From NCBI GenBank assembly GCA_036172245.1, contig JAYWIR010000028.1, forward strand, positions 1,178,001 through 1,242,000: a stretch of DNA of 64,000 bases, in the 5' to 3' direction. The DNA comes from Raillietiella orientalis (Eukaryota). Shown here one piece after another: positions 13,270 through 26,069 of this stretch; the first letter of the stretch is position 1; each line of letters begins with the position of its first letter. The notes under the pieces were generated by a model. It saw only the letters and a list, made by a program, of their open reading frames with translations. It did no database searches and was not told the origin of the DNA. Position numbers and translations under genes: made by a program.

Positions 13270-14050
13270 AGGACCCCCAGTTGCGCATCAGAGGTGCGTT
13301 TGACCCCTCAGGAAGGCGGTGCGCGGACCGTGGACGATCCTGGTCATCAGCCGTGGAGTCGTCGCAACGACCTGACCTTGTTCTTAGGGAAGGGGTGCCG
13401 CGTCCTTGCTCAGGGCTGCGCTGCACGAGGAAGGGGCAGCGCTCCGGGAGGCGCACGGAGGAAAGTAGGGAAAATGAAGGTCGGAAGGAACCGCCTTCCC
13501 TTCCGACCTCTCCCGAACACCATGTCGGACGATCACCGTCCTCGAGAACAAAAATACCCTGGATGAGCTGGCGATCTCTCGGACGCGTGTCGGTCAGGCT
13601 AACCTGGCTTTGGGTCGCCAAGACGGTGGCGGGATGTAGTGCAACATCCACGGCAGCGCAGGGGTGTCCGCTGGGCTCATCTTCTGGAACGTCCTTCGGA
13701 CCGCCAAGTGTAAACCCGTGTGACCGAGACACCACTCGATTCGCCTTGCGCCTCCGGTTCCGCCCTACCCCCTCGGCAAAGACAGCTGAGCAGGCAGGGC
13801 GCGATGTCGCGTGTTCGAACCGCGAACGGCGACGGCAGCACGCAACCCAGAGCCCTCACGGCATGGAGCAGAGCCAGAAGAGGCCAGGACGACAGGGACG
13901 ACATCTATTCTGCGGTTCTCTTCATGAGGAAAAGTTTCAAGATGGCCCCACCTGGGAACCTTGAAACAGGAACTTGCTGGCATCCTGCAAAGGATGCAGA
14001 GGACGCCCTCCAGCATCCGGCGATCCCTTCCCGAACCGTACCAATTTTTT
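13270..14050 (+). pseudogene. N: Phenuivirus-like N EVE
   Basis: Frameshifted AHQ/GAFDP (~13285-13308), RNDLTLFLGKG, NTLDELAISRT (13553-13585; cf. RVFV NPSRDELTLSRV), GCP...TSFG, AWSRARRGQDDR, and C-terminal RWPHL..LKQELAGILQRMQ. Confidence 0.65.
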
Positions 14051-14249
14051 TGTACATGTTTTTTGTTTCGTTTTTCCCTTTTGTTGCTCCCCCCTCCTCC
14101 CTCCCTCTGCTGCCAAGGCGAACCTCGCCGGCCTGCGCGCCGGTTCTCGGTAGGTTTCCATGGTTACATCTGTAACGTGGCAGGACCAAGCGCCCTGCCA
14201 CTGGTACCTGAATGTTAATTTTTTATATGTATAAACGGCCCGGCGCAAC

Positions 14250-15700
14250 CGGGTGTCAACCAGGAGCCTTCATCTCGCCACGAGCAGCATCTCCACTCTT
14301 GAGCTCCCGACGCCGTGAAAAGCTCTTCGTCAAGGGACGAGATACCTGGGAAGGTGAAGGAGGCTGCTAGGAAAATTCCCCATACTTGCCGTTTCCGATC
14401 CCTTCAAGTGAAAAAAAAAGGGTGGGGAAGGGAAAAGTGGACTTTCGCACTGGACTGAGGTCCTTCTTTTTGCTCTCTGAGAATGATGGCGCGCGAAAAG
14501 GCAGAGCGGAGTGAGAGGGCAGGGCGCCCCCTCATCCTCCCATCTAGCTAGATTCTGGGGACGCGTTCTGGGACAGCGCGGCGTCTCGTTCCCGTGCTCC
14601 GGGAGGAGGCGCTCCGGACGTCTCTTGCGAGCCGGCAGCGACCAGGCCCGCGGGTGCTGCTCGCTGCCGGCGCCCTTCCCTCCTCCTCTTGGGCGCGTGG
14701 TCTCTCGAAGCCTCTCCCAGTTCTTTGCTGCCAGAGCGCCTCGAGGCGGCCGGCCCGGGCATCGGTTCCTGGAAAGGGCTCTGGAACCTGTGGCTTCGTA
14801 AGTGCTGTGCGTGCAGCAGCCGTAACTACGCGGCTGCCAGCAAAGGGCGCAACCTTCGAGGAGTCGCGGCGTCGCGCGCGCCCTTGGGACCGAACCGGAG
14901 CTCCGGGATGCTCTTCCGTCCGGCCATAGGATCTTCCTCAGCAACGGTGGAACGTGCCCTGCTTCCACGAGCTGCCCAGCATCCATGTCTCCTCCGAAAG
15001 GAGTTTGTGCGGCTCCTGGTGGAGGTCTAATCTTTGAAGGGGTCCGTCCGCTTCGGGAGGAACAAGGCGAGCCGAGGAGCTTTTCCTTCCTTTCCCTTGT
15101 TTTTGGAGGCGAAGGGTGGGGGGATGGAAGAGATTCCTGCTTGACTCGCTCGGGGATCGTGTCACCCTGGGAGGAGTGGGGATCCGAAGTTGTTTTGAGG
15201 ACCCGAAACGGCCGCTCCGTTCTCCCAAGGCGGCCGAAGAGAACGGGTCTTAGGGGTTTCGCTCCTCCGAAATGCCAGGTTGCCTGGAGACGTGCATCTC
15301 TTTAGCTTCCTCGTCACGCCTCGACCGGTAAATTTGAACCGCGGGTCCCAAAGAGTAAGGCAGGAGAGGGAGGATCCTCAAACTGAAGATACGAAAAAAA
15401 AAAATCCAGGAAGTCCAGGAGGATGGAGGAAAAAAGAGCAAAGCAAAAGAAAGCAAAATGAGAGCGGAACAAACAGCCCCAGACTTGTGGCCCTTGTGTG
15501 GAAAGCAAGGCCGCCGCCTTGTCCACGGAAGAGCGTCTCGAGACGCGTCATCTCGAAACGCGAGCTCCCCCCTCTACCCAGATTCTGAGCCACTATGCCT
15601 CCCCCCAGTCGGGGCAATCCGTAGCGGCGGCTCTCTGGAGAAGATAGGGGGGGGGGGGTCGAGAAGGAAGAGTGCGTGACTGAGAGGAAGAGGGAGTCCC
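14250..15700 (-). pseudogene. N: Rhabdovirus-like nucleoprotein EVE
   Basis: GIVAQNLGRG (cf. VSV GYVYQGLKSG), AVQIYRSRRDE (cf. LLGLYRVGRTQ), GDMD...GHVPPLLR, HSQRAKR (cf. RSTRARN), GIFLAASF...SSLDEELF (cf. GLLYAYAVGSSADLAQQF). Confidence 0.45.
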
Positions 15701-15839
15701 GACCTACGGCTTCGCGCGCCCGGACGACTCCGCCTCCCGGCACCCTTCGGGAAAGGAAGGCCCTGGGAACGGGGAAATGGGGGAGGGAACAGCGAAAGGC
15801 AGTCGGCTTGCCTCAGTTGCTTCAAGAAGCCGCAGAGAA

Positions 15840-16504
15840 AGACATCTCGGGGATCCAAGATGGCTGCTCGAGACGCGTGCGGAATCCTCAAGTCCCCTAG
15901 GCGGCCATTGTGGTCCTCAGACGTCCCTTCGAGAGCTCCCGAGCCACACCAGACCGGGTTCGAAGGCGTTACTCCTGTATGGGGCTCGGCACTCATCAGG
16001 GGAGGCGGGCGAAAGAGCTGGAGCTACCCCAAAGAGAAATCAAAACCCCCTCGGAGGGGCCTGCGGGAACGGAAGGCTCGGACGTGGGCGGAGGAGCGAG
16101 CAGCGCGCCAGCAGGCGCATCTCGCCATACCAGGAGTGCTGGGGCTCGTAGCAACGTTGGCAGCAGCATCATCAGGAGACAGAGGTCCCACGTCTCCCTG
16201 CAAGACTTGGATGGGGAGATTCGCACCCCATCCATCACGCTGCTTGGTTCGTCCTCCTGTGCTTCCTCGAAAGTGGGGTTTCACAATCGAAAACGCGAGA
16301 GAGGGAGGTTCGGTGAGACAAGCGAGAGGAGTGAAAGAGGGTGGGTGGGTTGAAGGCACGGAGGTCACTCGCGGTCCCATGAAACTGTTGCTTTCGCTTA
16401 TCTTTGGGTCCAGCGCCCAGTGCCGTGGATGCAGGGAGGACGAACGCGCTCGCGTCCCGTGGGGGCTCACTAGGGCGCAAGGGGAGACGGAGGCGGGGCG
16501 CTGA
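15840..16504 (+). pseudogene. N: Phenuivirus-like N EVE, largely one open frame (214 aa ORF)
   Basis: GSALIRGG..K.KSK (cf. LALTRGNK..KMSK), HLAIPGVLGLVATL, APHPSRCLVRPPVLP (cf. MMHPSFAGMVDPSLP), C-terminal ..VPWGL. Confidence 0.6.
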
Positions 16505-16849
16505 AAGTGGGGAGGCTGCCGTCGTTGGTTTTCGACCCTACCGGATCCTCCCGTTTCCGTTACTGTCACGCAGGGACTCGCCCATCCCAGCGCTGGGAGT
16601 CGGGGAGGAGGAGTCGGGGGCGGTTCTCTGATTCATCGTTGCGGTCAGACTCAGGCGCCCGACTGACTTCTGGGCCCCGACACGTTCCGGAAAACCCACC
16701 TCCCACTCCTTCCAGGGGGCGGACATGATCCGGTAGGTTGAGGCATGGACTTCCCAGGGAACGCTTCGGTTCTCGAGGCGAGAGCAGGGAAGGGGGGGGG
16801 GACGGTACAACCCCATCTCCAGAGCTCGCATGCTGGAGGTCCCGATGAG

Positions 16850-17885
16850 GGAGCTGGAACAATGACGACCAAGGACGGGATAAAAAAAAGGGATAGGAAG
16901 GGGGAGAGCACAACGCATGGAGGAGGCCGTGCCTCGTGAACCACGTGCCTGCAGGGGGAGGGGAAGGTGTGGCAAAAATGAGAGGGACGCCACTCAGAAG
17001 CAGAGGGTCCTCCGAAAAGGCGCGCGGTGGTCGCCGGAGCGGCATCTGGGCTGTCTTTGATGACGGTGATGGAGTGGAACCAACGCAGGAGGCAAAGTGC
17101 GGAGGTGGCGGCCGCTGTTCGGAGAAGGAAGGGTCCAGGGGAGGATGGAGCGAAAGCTTGGAATCTGGGAATGAGTGCGGAGATCAGGGCTGCCCGGACT
17201 GTGGCTTCGCTTCCAGAGAAGTGCGACAGCAACAGCGGGGAGGGAAGGGAGGGGGCACAGAGGTGTGGAGGTGCTGACTCTCGTCAATTTGGCTTGGCGT
17301 GGACCCGGAAGCTCCCCTTCCTCTGACTGAAAGGCATGTCGGAGAGGCGTCCCACGCCCTTGAGGCAGGGCCGACCTTCTCTCCCCTCCCTCCTCCTTTC
17401 TTCTACCTCCTGGCCATCCATTCCCTTTTCTATGCTGGCTTCAACAATGAGGGGCAGGGGGGAGGGAAGAAGTCATTCACCGGCCCCTCGAGAACGGCGC
17501 TCGCCGCGAGCGAGGCAAAGGTCACCCTTCGGAAGACGCGGCGAAGGGTCCTGAGGGGCTTAGAGATCCCCCAGGGCCCCGAGTTTTCGCCTTCCGTGCG
17601 GATGCCACAACTCGTATCCTCTTCCTTTCTTTCCGGAGATTCTTCTTCTTCATCATCGAGATATGTCCGCAACAGTGATCCTTTCGTCCGGCGAGGTTCT
17701 TTGTCTTCCTCTGTGACCGTAGGTACCCTTGGGATGCTGCTGTTCCATCGTCGATGGAATGCCAACTGTTCGATCCGTTCCGAAGGCGCATCTGAAATTT
17801 TCACTTCTTCTGCTACTTCATTTTTATTTCTCCAGCTTGTGGGTGGCTGGTCACACCCGTCCAGCGTCCTTCTTTCCGTTTTCAT
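16850..17885 (-). pseudogene. N: Phenuivirus-like N EVE with possible acidic N-terminal extension
   Basis: LIVEASIEKG...EGREG (cf. MIVLALTRG...SKEG), KLTRVSTSTP, ALISALIP, LLRTAAATSALCLLRWFHSITVI (cf. LRAILDAHSLYLLQFSRVI). Confidence 0.6.
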
Positions 17886-17969
17886 CTTCCGTTCGAAGAC
17901 TTCGAGGATGGGGGTTGCTTTTCTGTAGACTGAGGCTCTCTAAACAAAGACACTCTCTGTGAAGAGACT

Positions 17970-19310
17970 CCATGACATCTCAGTCGCGACATCCTAGAGG
18001 CGCAAGGTCCTGCCACTCACTCTTCCCAGCCAGGGTCTCTCTGCTTTGATTCTCCCTCCCCCCTCATACTCGACTGCCCGCATTTATAAGCAGATCGCCC
18101 TGGGCAAGGACGATCTACACATGCCGCGCCCTCAACTCCCGATTTGTCGAATCAGGGATCTCCTGGAACCTTTCTCGAAGGCTCTCCGCAAATGCAGGCT
18201 GAGTTCAGGCGTGGACTCGAATTTTCGTTGCTGCTTGTTTGTATGCAAAAAAGAAAAAAAATCAACCCACCTGTTTTCCTTCCATTCCGCTCCCCATCCT
18301 CGCATCCCGCCTTTTTTTCTGAGCTCCGTCGGGCGCAGTTTTTTCTTTTTTAGATTTGACTTGAGGGGGAGCTCCCGGAGCACCCAGTATCAGCAAGGAG
18401 AGAGAGAGTGCTTCCAGCATCCCCCCCCACCCCCGCATCTTCGTGCTCTGTTCTCAGGCGTTGGCATCCTTCAGCACGAATCGCGGTGGCCGACCGCCAC
18501 ATCAGCTTCCCATGCTCTGGAAGAGGGCGCAACCGCGCCCCGGAGTCAATGAACGCTCCAGCGCACCAAAAAAAAAAAAAAAACAAAGGAGGAGAACGAA
18601 AAGGAAAGGTCGGGCGCAGTCAGCTGACTTCGCAACAGTCGGGCGACGCATAACGGTTCACGCGCATTGTTGCGACGGTTCCGGACGTTTACTGCTGCAC
18701 TGTTGCTATGCTCGTTGTATGGAGCAAATTAAGCGCGTACCCTGGAGGCAGGAAGCTGGTGCGAGGGGAAAAGATCCTAACGACGGATCAAGGACTCTTC
18801 GAGAAGGAAATCGAAAAGAGGAATGAGCTGCCTCGTAGGGGGCGGTCGGTGCAGCTGTTTCCCGGGGCAACGGCATGTGCAGCACGAGGTGCGGAATCTT
18901 CCCACTTGTGTGCAAAATTTTGCTCGAGGACCTCAGAAGTCAGAGAGCCCACTCTCTGACTTCAAGGGAGAGCCGGTAGGGGTCGACGGAGGCGCAGGCC
19001 GAGGGAGCTCTGAAGGAGGGACAAAGTTCCCTCGCTCCGCTTCCCTCGCCTCCTCGATGGCGCGGAAGACCTCGGTTCGCCGCCAATCCGACCCGCCGCG
19101 GGAAGGAGGGGGGGGGGGGGGGAACTCGGCGTTTCGTCGTCAAAATTCCTGGTAGACTCTGGCAGCGGTGACGGGGATGCTGCTGCTATTAAAAGCCTTC
19201 CGGGAGCGGAGGGAGGGGGAATTTTTCTAAAAATAGCACGTGAAGTCCATGGGGTCTCCCGAGAGAGGCCGCGTCGTCGACGTTGTGTGGAGGGCAGAGG
19301 GGAAAGGGGA
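17970..19310 (+). pseudogene. N: Rhabdovirus-like nucleoprotein EVE
   Basis: KVLPLTLPSQ; ARIYKQIALGK; RFTRIVA/RFR..AAL (cf. VSV RYGTIVSRFKDCAAL); EIEKRN (cf. EIDKAD); LRSQRA (cf. LRSTRA); ASSMARKTSVRRQ. Confidence 0.55.
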
Positions 19311-19329
19311 GGAGGAGAAAGCTACAGGC

Positions 19330-21150
19330 ATGCGGATGCAGGCGGGAAGGCTAGCTGGAGAGAGGGGAGTGCCCTCGCGACGTGTTCCGGAGTGGCGGGA
19401 AGCGCCGTTCCCGGGCATCCAGCGCCACCTGCAGTGGGAGCGGGGTGAGACGCGTGCTACCCGGTGGAGGGGAGGGAAAAGGGATCGGGTGGGGAGTTGG
19501 GCCTCCTCCTCTGGAAAGGAGCGCGGAGAGAGTCGAGGGGGACACAGGGAGGGGGGGGGGATAAGATCGACCTTCTCGGCTGGGAAAGCTCCTGGCTGCA
19601 GAAGCGGGGCCAGCCGAGAAGCCCAGAGGGGATCTTATCCCCTCTGCACACCAAGAGGTGCCCCGTGGAGGCTGAAGCGCTTCGTCCCGTTCGTCATCTC
19701 CGAAGAGTACCTCTCGAAGAGATCACTCAGTATCTGAAGAGGAGGACTTGACGATCCGGCACGCCTCTGTAGCACCCCTAGCACGTTGTGCTCCCTCCGG
19801 GAAGGGGAGGAGGAGAATGAGGGGAAGAGGACCTGAACGTTGTTCCCCCTGCTCAGCCGGGTCAGAACCACCCCAGGAGTACCATGGGGCCACCTTTCCA
19901 GCTGCACTCAACCGCAGTGGCCGCCTCCAGGCATAGAGCAGGAAGGAGGTGACCTCACGTGGATTCCAACGGCTGACATTCCCCACACTGTAGAGCGTGC
20001 TCTGAGATGGGAAGGGAACGGTCCTATGTCCAGTCCTTGAACTCAAGGATCCTTCCCCTCTCCCCACGCTTATGTATTTTTCATTTTTCTATTTATTGCC
20101 TGACCCTCGAATGCGACCCGGAACCGACCTGCTAAAGCTATGGGGCTGCTCCAAGAGATGCGACGGATCCCGTAGGGAAATCGTCCCGGCTGTGCCAGTT
20201 TATCGATCTGTTAAGTGAACGCTCTAGAGGGACCTTCCTATCCCGAATTTCCTGAACTTTTATTTAAAATAAATGAATAAATAAATGCTCTGGAGCTAAG
20301 AAGGACCAACGTGTGCTGGTCCGAAATGAAAGGATTGGAACCTGCCAGGAGATAGAAATAGGAAGCGAGCTGAGGGAGGAACAATAAATACGTAGGAAAT
20401 GACATGAAATGTGCTCGGCTCACGGCTGTGCTCACGATTCTCGGGGGATTTAGTTGTGCAGGGGAGGAATGGGGAAGAGGGGCGTGTTCGCCTAATTCGG
20501 GCTAGTGCACCCACAATCGTTGGAGGGTTCCCTTGCGCCTTACATCCTAGACTGGTCCATTTCACTGCCCTTCTCGAGCAGACGGTGGGGGCTGCGAGTG
20601 ACTATCTGGGGTGGATGACGGCCACGCCCTTGTTCCATTTTGGTGATCATCGTTGCTCGGAGGTAGCACAGGATCGCCAGAGAGGAGGAAACTGGTAAGT
20701 CTCGAAGGCGTTCATCCTGATACTCATCGTTGGAGAGTTGCAGTGTCCTTGCGATGAGCTTCCATCCTTCCCGCCTCTGCGACGTCACAGCAGCACGTGC
20801 AGACAGATGGGGGTTCCCGCTGTTCTTCAATGGATGCATCCCTTGGGAATCCTCCACAGCTAAAGCGTGGTGACGTTCTTCGTTTTCTTCGTTCCGAAGG
20901 AGCTCCCAGCGGCCTCTGGAAACATGAGAGCCTTCTGGTAACCAAGAGGAATGACGGGGCGCCGATCTGGAAGCCAGGATTTTGAATTCTCCGGCATAGC
21001 TGAGCAAAAGAAGTTGGAGTCTGCCGTTTTTGCAGAATCCCCATCTAACAGACTTTTCCCTCTACTCTGACCTTGTCCAACTCGGAATCAGCCCTGTCGT
21101 AGAAGGGAGAACTAAAATCCGGGATATACAAAGCCGGAAAATGGCGTGCC
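19330..21150 (+). pseudogene. N: Rhabdovirus-like nucleoprotein EVE, apparently interrupted at ~20050-20400
   Basis: ECPRDVFR (cf. EYPADYFR), SWASS..GDKIDLL, IRASAPTIVGGFPCA..VHF...YLGWM, EETGK, and frameshifted S(P)YSS at ~20712-20730. Confidence 0.45.
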
Positions 21151-21199
21151 GATCCCTGGCCAGACCCTGGACAGGGAAGAAGAGAACCCCAAGCGTATC

Positions 21200-22450
21200 A
21201 TCCTGCTACGGAAAGATGCTTCAAATTAGGTCCAACAGATGGGTGGAGTATCGAATATCCAGCTAACAAGAGCGGAGTTTGTTTCGGAGGAGGAAGGGGG
21301 ATTCGTTGTACTGATAATAAAGATGTGGGAGCCTCACAACCATCGTCCCCCGTTTTCTCTGCCTTAGGAAACGACAACTGAGAGAGAAAGTCATCGGATG
21401 ACGGAGGAAGGGAAGTCCATTCCTAGGGAGGTCAACTTCATGAGCATTTCCACCTTCGCGTCTGCAGAACGAGGAGATGCCTTGTAGCTCCTCCTTAGAG
21501 GAGCCATCAGTGCATCCGCTAAAGCGGGAAAGCTGAAAGGGGGCAGCGAGCCTCCCACGCAAGGCGGTCAAGAAATCTGCCCAGATGTTCCTGGGTATTC
21601 TTCTATCCGGAATTGACCAATAGGTAAACTGACGAAATCGGATGCCGGATGAAATTCAGCCGGAGAACAGGGTCCGCAGTGCAGTTCGGCTCAGAGAGAG
21701 GAGGAGAGACCCGGGCTGTGAAGAGGGAGAAGGCAATGGACAAGCAAACACGAGCAGATGCTTTACGGAGAGGGAGAAAGGGAGGGTATCTGGGATGCTG
21801 AGCCCTTGTGAGATGCGGGACGTGTTCGTCCCCGATGCTGGTTTCAGGCGAGAACACTTCCTGGCTCCGCTACGCCATGGAGATGGCCTGCAGGACGGCA
21901 CCTTGCTGCTGCTCCTGGGGTCTCTCTTCCACCGTCACGCTGCCAGGGGTTGTGCAGCCCAGGATGGTGTCTGCTGACGCCAAGGGTCACTTCCGCGGGA
22001 GGAAGCAAGAAATGTTTCGACGGTGATTCTGAAGGGGGGGGGGCTCATCCTGCTGCTATGGGGCTCTACCATCCCGGACAGAGGGCACCGACGCATTCGG
22101 CAATTCGCGAAAAGACAAATCGCTGGAGGGAGTGAATCTGTGGGGATCCACGTGGACGGTCTCCGTAGGAGTGACGAGCTGAGATACCAGGTGACCTCTG
22201 GGGTCTTCCTGATGCCTCGTTTTCTCCCTTGCTCTTGACGGCCAGGGAAGACCAGGCCATCCCAGGAAGGGATGCTCTCTTGTGGACCCGGACTTTTTAT
22301 CCCCATGAAGAGGGAGCGTCCTTGAACACGTTCCCCCTCTTCGCAGAGCCGTGCCAGGTGCGACAGAATGGAAAGCAGGACGCCCACGCGGTTACTCGCT
22401 TACTCAACCGCCTGGGAGGAGGAAGGGGTCGATAGGGATCGGTTCCCGGG
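21200..22450 (+). pseudogene. N: Rhabdovirus-like nucleoprotein EVE (best-supported rhabdovirus-like copy)
   Basis: SIEYPAN (~21250) then FRRRKG.SLY (cf. VEYPADYFRKSKEIPLY); DVF...RREHFLAPLRHG...QD (cf. rabies DMFFSRIEHLYSAIRVG...ED); AMGL..GQRAP.HSA; GIHVDG; C-terminal RKGSIG. Confidence 0.65.
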
Positions 22451-22499
22451 GGAGGGTGACTTCAAGGGGGAAACGGATGTCTCCTGAGGGAGAATTTTT

Positions 22500-23420
22500 A
22501 GGAGCAGGGGTTCACGGTCATATGCCCAACTCGAGGAGCAATCGCTTCCTTGCAGGGGAAGTTCTCCCGGGGGTGAAATCACACTCACGCGCGATCCGCG
22601 ACCCGCACTTGCGCAAGGAATGCAGCGGTGCTGGGAAAATCAAGTGGTGCCTTTCGGACTTCCTCCTTCCTGGATCCAACCTCGCCTTCGGCGAGAGGGA
22701 GATGAGGACCCGAATCCGCATGGTGCTGCCACTCCTAGTACAAGACGATCGAGGAGGCGCCGGTGGCTGCGACCGAAAGGTAGCGGAGGGTCCCGGCCCA
22801 CCACCTCTTCCTCGTACCTACTGGCATCGAAGGGTCAGACGTCCGTGGGTGTCGGCAGCTAGAGAAGAGGAAGGGAGAGACTGGGGCAGCGAAGGGAAAG
22901 CTCCACATCCTTCGGGGTGGGGCAGAGGATAGCGCGGGGATGAAGGACTCTTCTGGTACTTGTAGCTCCATCTCCAATGGTGCCGAATAGGGAAGAGGGA
23001 AGAGTCCGGGTAGGAGCAGGAGAGGGCGCTCCCGCCGTCCTCTAGCTCTGGCACACCCTCTCTTCTCTTCCTCCAGGCCGAAACCCGAAAAGTTTCCTGG
23101 GAGGGTGGACGTGTGCCACCAGTCTCGACCTCCTCCTTAGACCTTCTTCGCCTCGCAAAGGACGGGCACCTCTCGACCTCGCCTTCGGTTAGAGGCGAAG
23201 ATGCGGCTTCTGGAGGGAAGGCAGGAAAAAACAAAAAAAAAGAAAAGAATGAGTGATGCCTCTTTCGGTCCGAGCCGGCGCCGAACCCGCGCAGGGAGAC
23301 CGTAGGCGAGCAGTGAGGCGGGTGCTAGGAGCCAAGGGAGAAGATTCGCTTGATGCGCCAGGATCTCCCCTCTCCTACTCCCTGAATGCTGCTCTGGAGA
23401 AGCGTTCCTTCGGGCTATGC
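22500..23420 (-). pseudogene. N: Phenuivirus-like N EVE
   Basis: EILAHQA (~23360), LSCSYP, APPRRMWSFPFAAPVSP (cf. AYPRHMMHPSFAGMVDP). Confidence 0.6.
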
Positions 23421-23849
23421 AAAAGAAACTTCGAAGGATGGCGGAGGTCAGCAGACACCATTCTCCTCGAAAGGAGGAGCAAAAAAACAAAAAAACAAAA
23501 ACAAAACGAAAGAGGGAGGGAAAGACAACGGACGGTTGCAGCTGCTGATTCGGAAACATCCTTTTGTCTCGTTTTTGTCTCCGCCATGCTCCGCCAGACA
23601 CGTCCATCTCTCCCCGGAGATCCCCGAGCACCTCGTGCAAAGGGAGTCCCGTCCCAGGTCATGCTTTGCCGCTGGGGTCGCTCCCGCGAATGCCTGCGAA
23701 GGCAGAGCCCGTAAAGAGCGCGCTCATTTTCCGGCGCTCGGAACAAAAGGGAGGGGGAACAGAGATCCCTCCTGCGCTTTCCGGCCCGGTGCTGCAGGCG
23801 CCAGGCTCGCGCGTTTCCTGAAAGAGGGACGCTGTCCTGCGCGCCTCCG

Positions 23850-24620
23850 CAGCTGGGGAGCGAGGTCGGTCGGCTTCACGAAGCCTCTTGATCCGGTAAA
23901 ACGAGTCGTCCAGGAGATGGGAGTCTCCGTGAGGATGCTGGGGACGATGCACGGGCGTCTCCAGTGGCAAAGGGGGGTGCAGGTGGAAAGACGGGAACAA
24001 ACGTGCACGCACGAAAACCGGGAACACCGAAAAAACGGAAGAACCGTCTTTTTTTTAATTTGAGAGTAGACGAAGGAGGATGGGGAGATGTGGAAACCGT
24101 GGAGCGCTTCGTACTCTTCGTCACTCCAGAAGGGTCTCTCTCGAGGAGACGACTCGGGATCCGATGACGCGGCCGCTCATCTGCAACAACCCCTTGCCCG
24201 TAGGGAGCTGAGCTCTCTCCAGGAAGAAGAGGAAGAGGAAAGAGGGAGGAAGTTCTCCCACCCATCTGGTGGTCTCAGCTTGTCTCGCTTACTTTTCTCG
24301 AGGTGAATCAAGAGCAAGGAATCACCGAGAGAGGTGTTCACCCTCTCGAGGCGTGTGTGATGGGCAACGGGGACGACTCTCCCGGAGTGCGTCACCACCG
24401 CGGAGAGCGAGCGACATTATCGTGCAATGGATGGCGAAGAGATGGCGTTGCCTCTCGCTGGGGGATTCCTCTCGGTCCTTTGAGGCGGAGAAGGAAGGGG
24501 AAGGTCGTTCTCTTCCCAGAGGTGAGAGCTGGATCCTGCACTCCTCCAAAGATCAAAGGCTGTTCGTCCGATGCTCTCCTGCGGGTGTCATCTCGAGAGC
24601 TGCGGTCTCTACCAGAGGCT
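23850..24620 (+). pseudogene. N: Phenuivirus-like N EVE
   Basis: GFTKPLDPVKRVV, GGKTGTNVH (cf. TSMGSNVH), EGSLSRRR, VLPPIWWSQLVSL. Confidence 0.45.
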
Positions 24621-25199
24621 AGTCGTTCCTCGTCGATATCTGAAAAAAAAAAAGACGTGCCACGGGGACGCAGAAAATTCCTAAATGACTTCTTAGCGAC
24701 GGCGCTTTTTCCGAAAGAAAGAGAATGAGGAGGGGCAACGCGGGAAGCAAAGGAAGAAAAGGGAACGGGACGAGAAGAAGGAGCACACACAAACACACAC
24801 ACACACAAAAAAAACAGACTAAATGCTCCATTTGCTCGCGCTGAAAGGAGTCTGCCGTGCGGGAAACCAGCTGCTGCTTTTCCTCATCAAGAGAAACGGA
24901 CCGGGTCCTTTTTCGAAACGTCTGCCTCTCCTTTCTCTTCTCGGAGTGCCTCCCCGGGATGGGAGTCCGCCTGAAGCTTCAGATTCCCTTCCCTCTGAGT
25001 TGCTCCGGGCTTCGGATGCTGCTCACAGGAGGCGCTGCTGAATGGACGCCTCCCGCCGCCAGTCTGCGGCTGGGAAGAAAGGAACGCAGGGAGTGAGAGA
25101 GAGGAGGAGGAAGGAGAGAGGGGAAAATAATGGGAAGCTAGGCAGACAAAGGAGAAACGAGCCCGTGCCGGGAACCCGTCCCGTTCCCAGAGCGGCAAA

Positions 25200-26000
25200 A
25201 CAGCGTCTTCGGATCAACCTCCGAGAGTGTGTATCGGGAGGCTGGATCTTCTCTAGCCCCATGGCTCAGAGGGTGCTGCGACCCCAGCTCTTTTGTAGAG
25301 CGGTCTCCTTCTCCCTTCCTCGGGAGGAAAAGGGCTTCCCATCTGGGACTCCATCCGTTTCCTCCCGTGCTTCCTCCGTGAAGGCAGAGGGAGGGCGCAG
25401 AGCTTTCTGCTCATCTTCGGACGCCTCGGGGAAGATGGAGAGGTCGCGGAGTCGATCGCAGGACAGCGTCACGGGAAGGAAAGGCGTCCGAAGGCCCGGT
25501 AGGGTGGGTCGAAGGAGGCGCCGGCTCGGCGTGCTTCTCAGTTGCGGCGGCGGGGGCTCACGCACAGACTCCGAAGGACGACGGACTGAAGATGATGTTG
25601 CTGGAAGGGAGAAAGCGGAGGAGGAGGACAGCACCGCATCGGGAAGGGCGGCAGAAAGACGCCAGAGCTCCTTCTTCTGCTGCTGCTGTCTGCTTTTTCC
25701 CGTCTGAAAAGCCAAAGGGAGACCGGCAAAGGCAGTCCCTGAACCTCCTCCTCCTCCTCTCCCCCTTTCTCCTTCTCCCACTCCCCTCCTGTTGCGATAA
25801 GGAAGGGATCCCGTTGTCAAGGAAAGGTTGTCTCCACCTCACTTCGTCGCATCCTCGCTTCCGCCAGGGGGCCAGCGCCGGCCGGTCTCCAAGTCCGATA
25901 GCCACCCAGAGGCCGAGGTATGGCTCACGTAGAATTCGGATAGGAGGCCCTACGAACCAGGCATTATCGGTCCCGTCAGCTGGATGACCCCCGTGCGAAC
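25200..26000 (-). pseudogene. N: Phenuivirus-like N EVE
   Basis: WLSDLET/ALAPWRKRG, ELWRLSAALP, PSRRLLRPTLPGLRTPFLP (cf. YPRHMMHPSFAGMVDPSLP). Confidence 0.6.
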
Positions 26001-26069
26001 CAGAAGCGCCTTGGAGTCGGCGCCCAGGGCGGGATTCTGTCCCCCTGGGAAGCGCAGCGCCCGGGTCTG

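Noticed and set aside
17940..17955. aaacaaagacac resembling the phenuivirus terminal ACACAAAG, and several TG/TATG-A(n) runs resembling rhabdovirus gene-end signals
   Set aside because: The matches are short and imperfect, not consistently placed at unit ends, and expected by chance in this A-run-rich sequence.
20560..20640. SF2 helicase motif III-like YLGWMTATP
   Set aside because: There are no Walker A or DExH motifs nearby, and the context matches rhabdovirus N.
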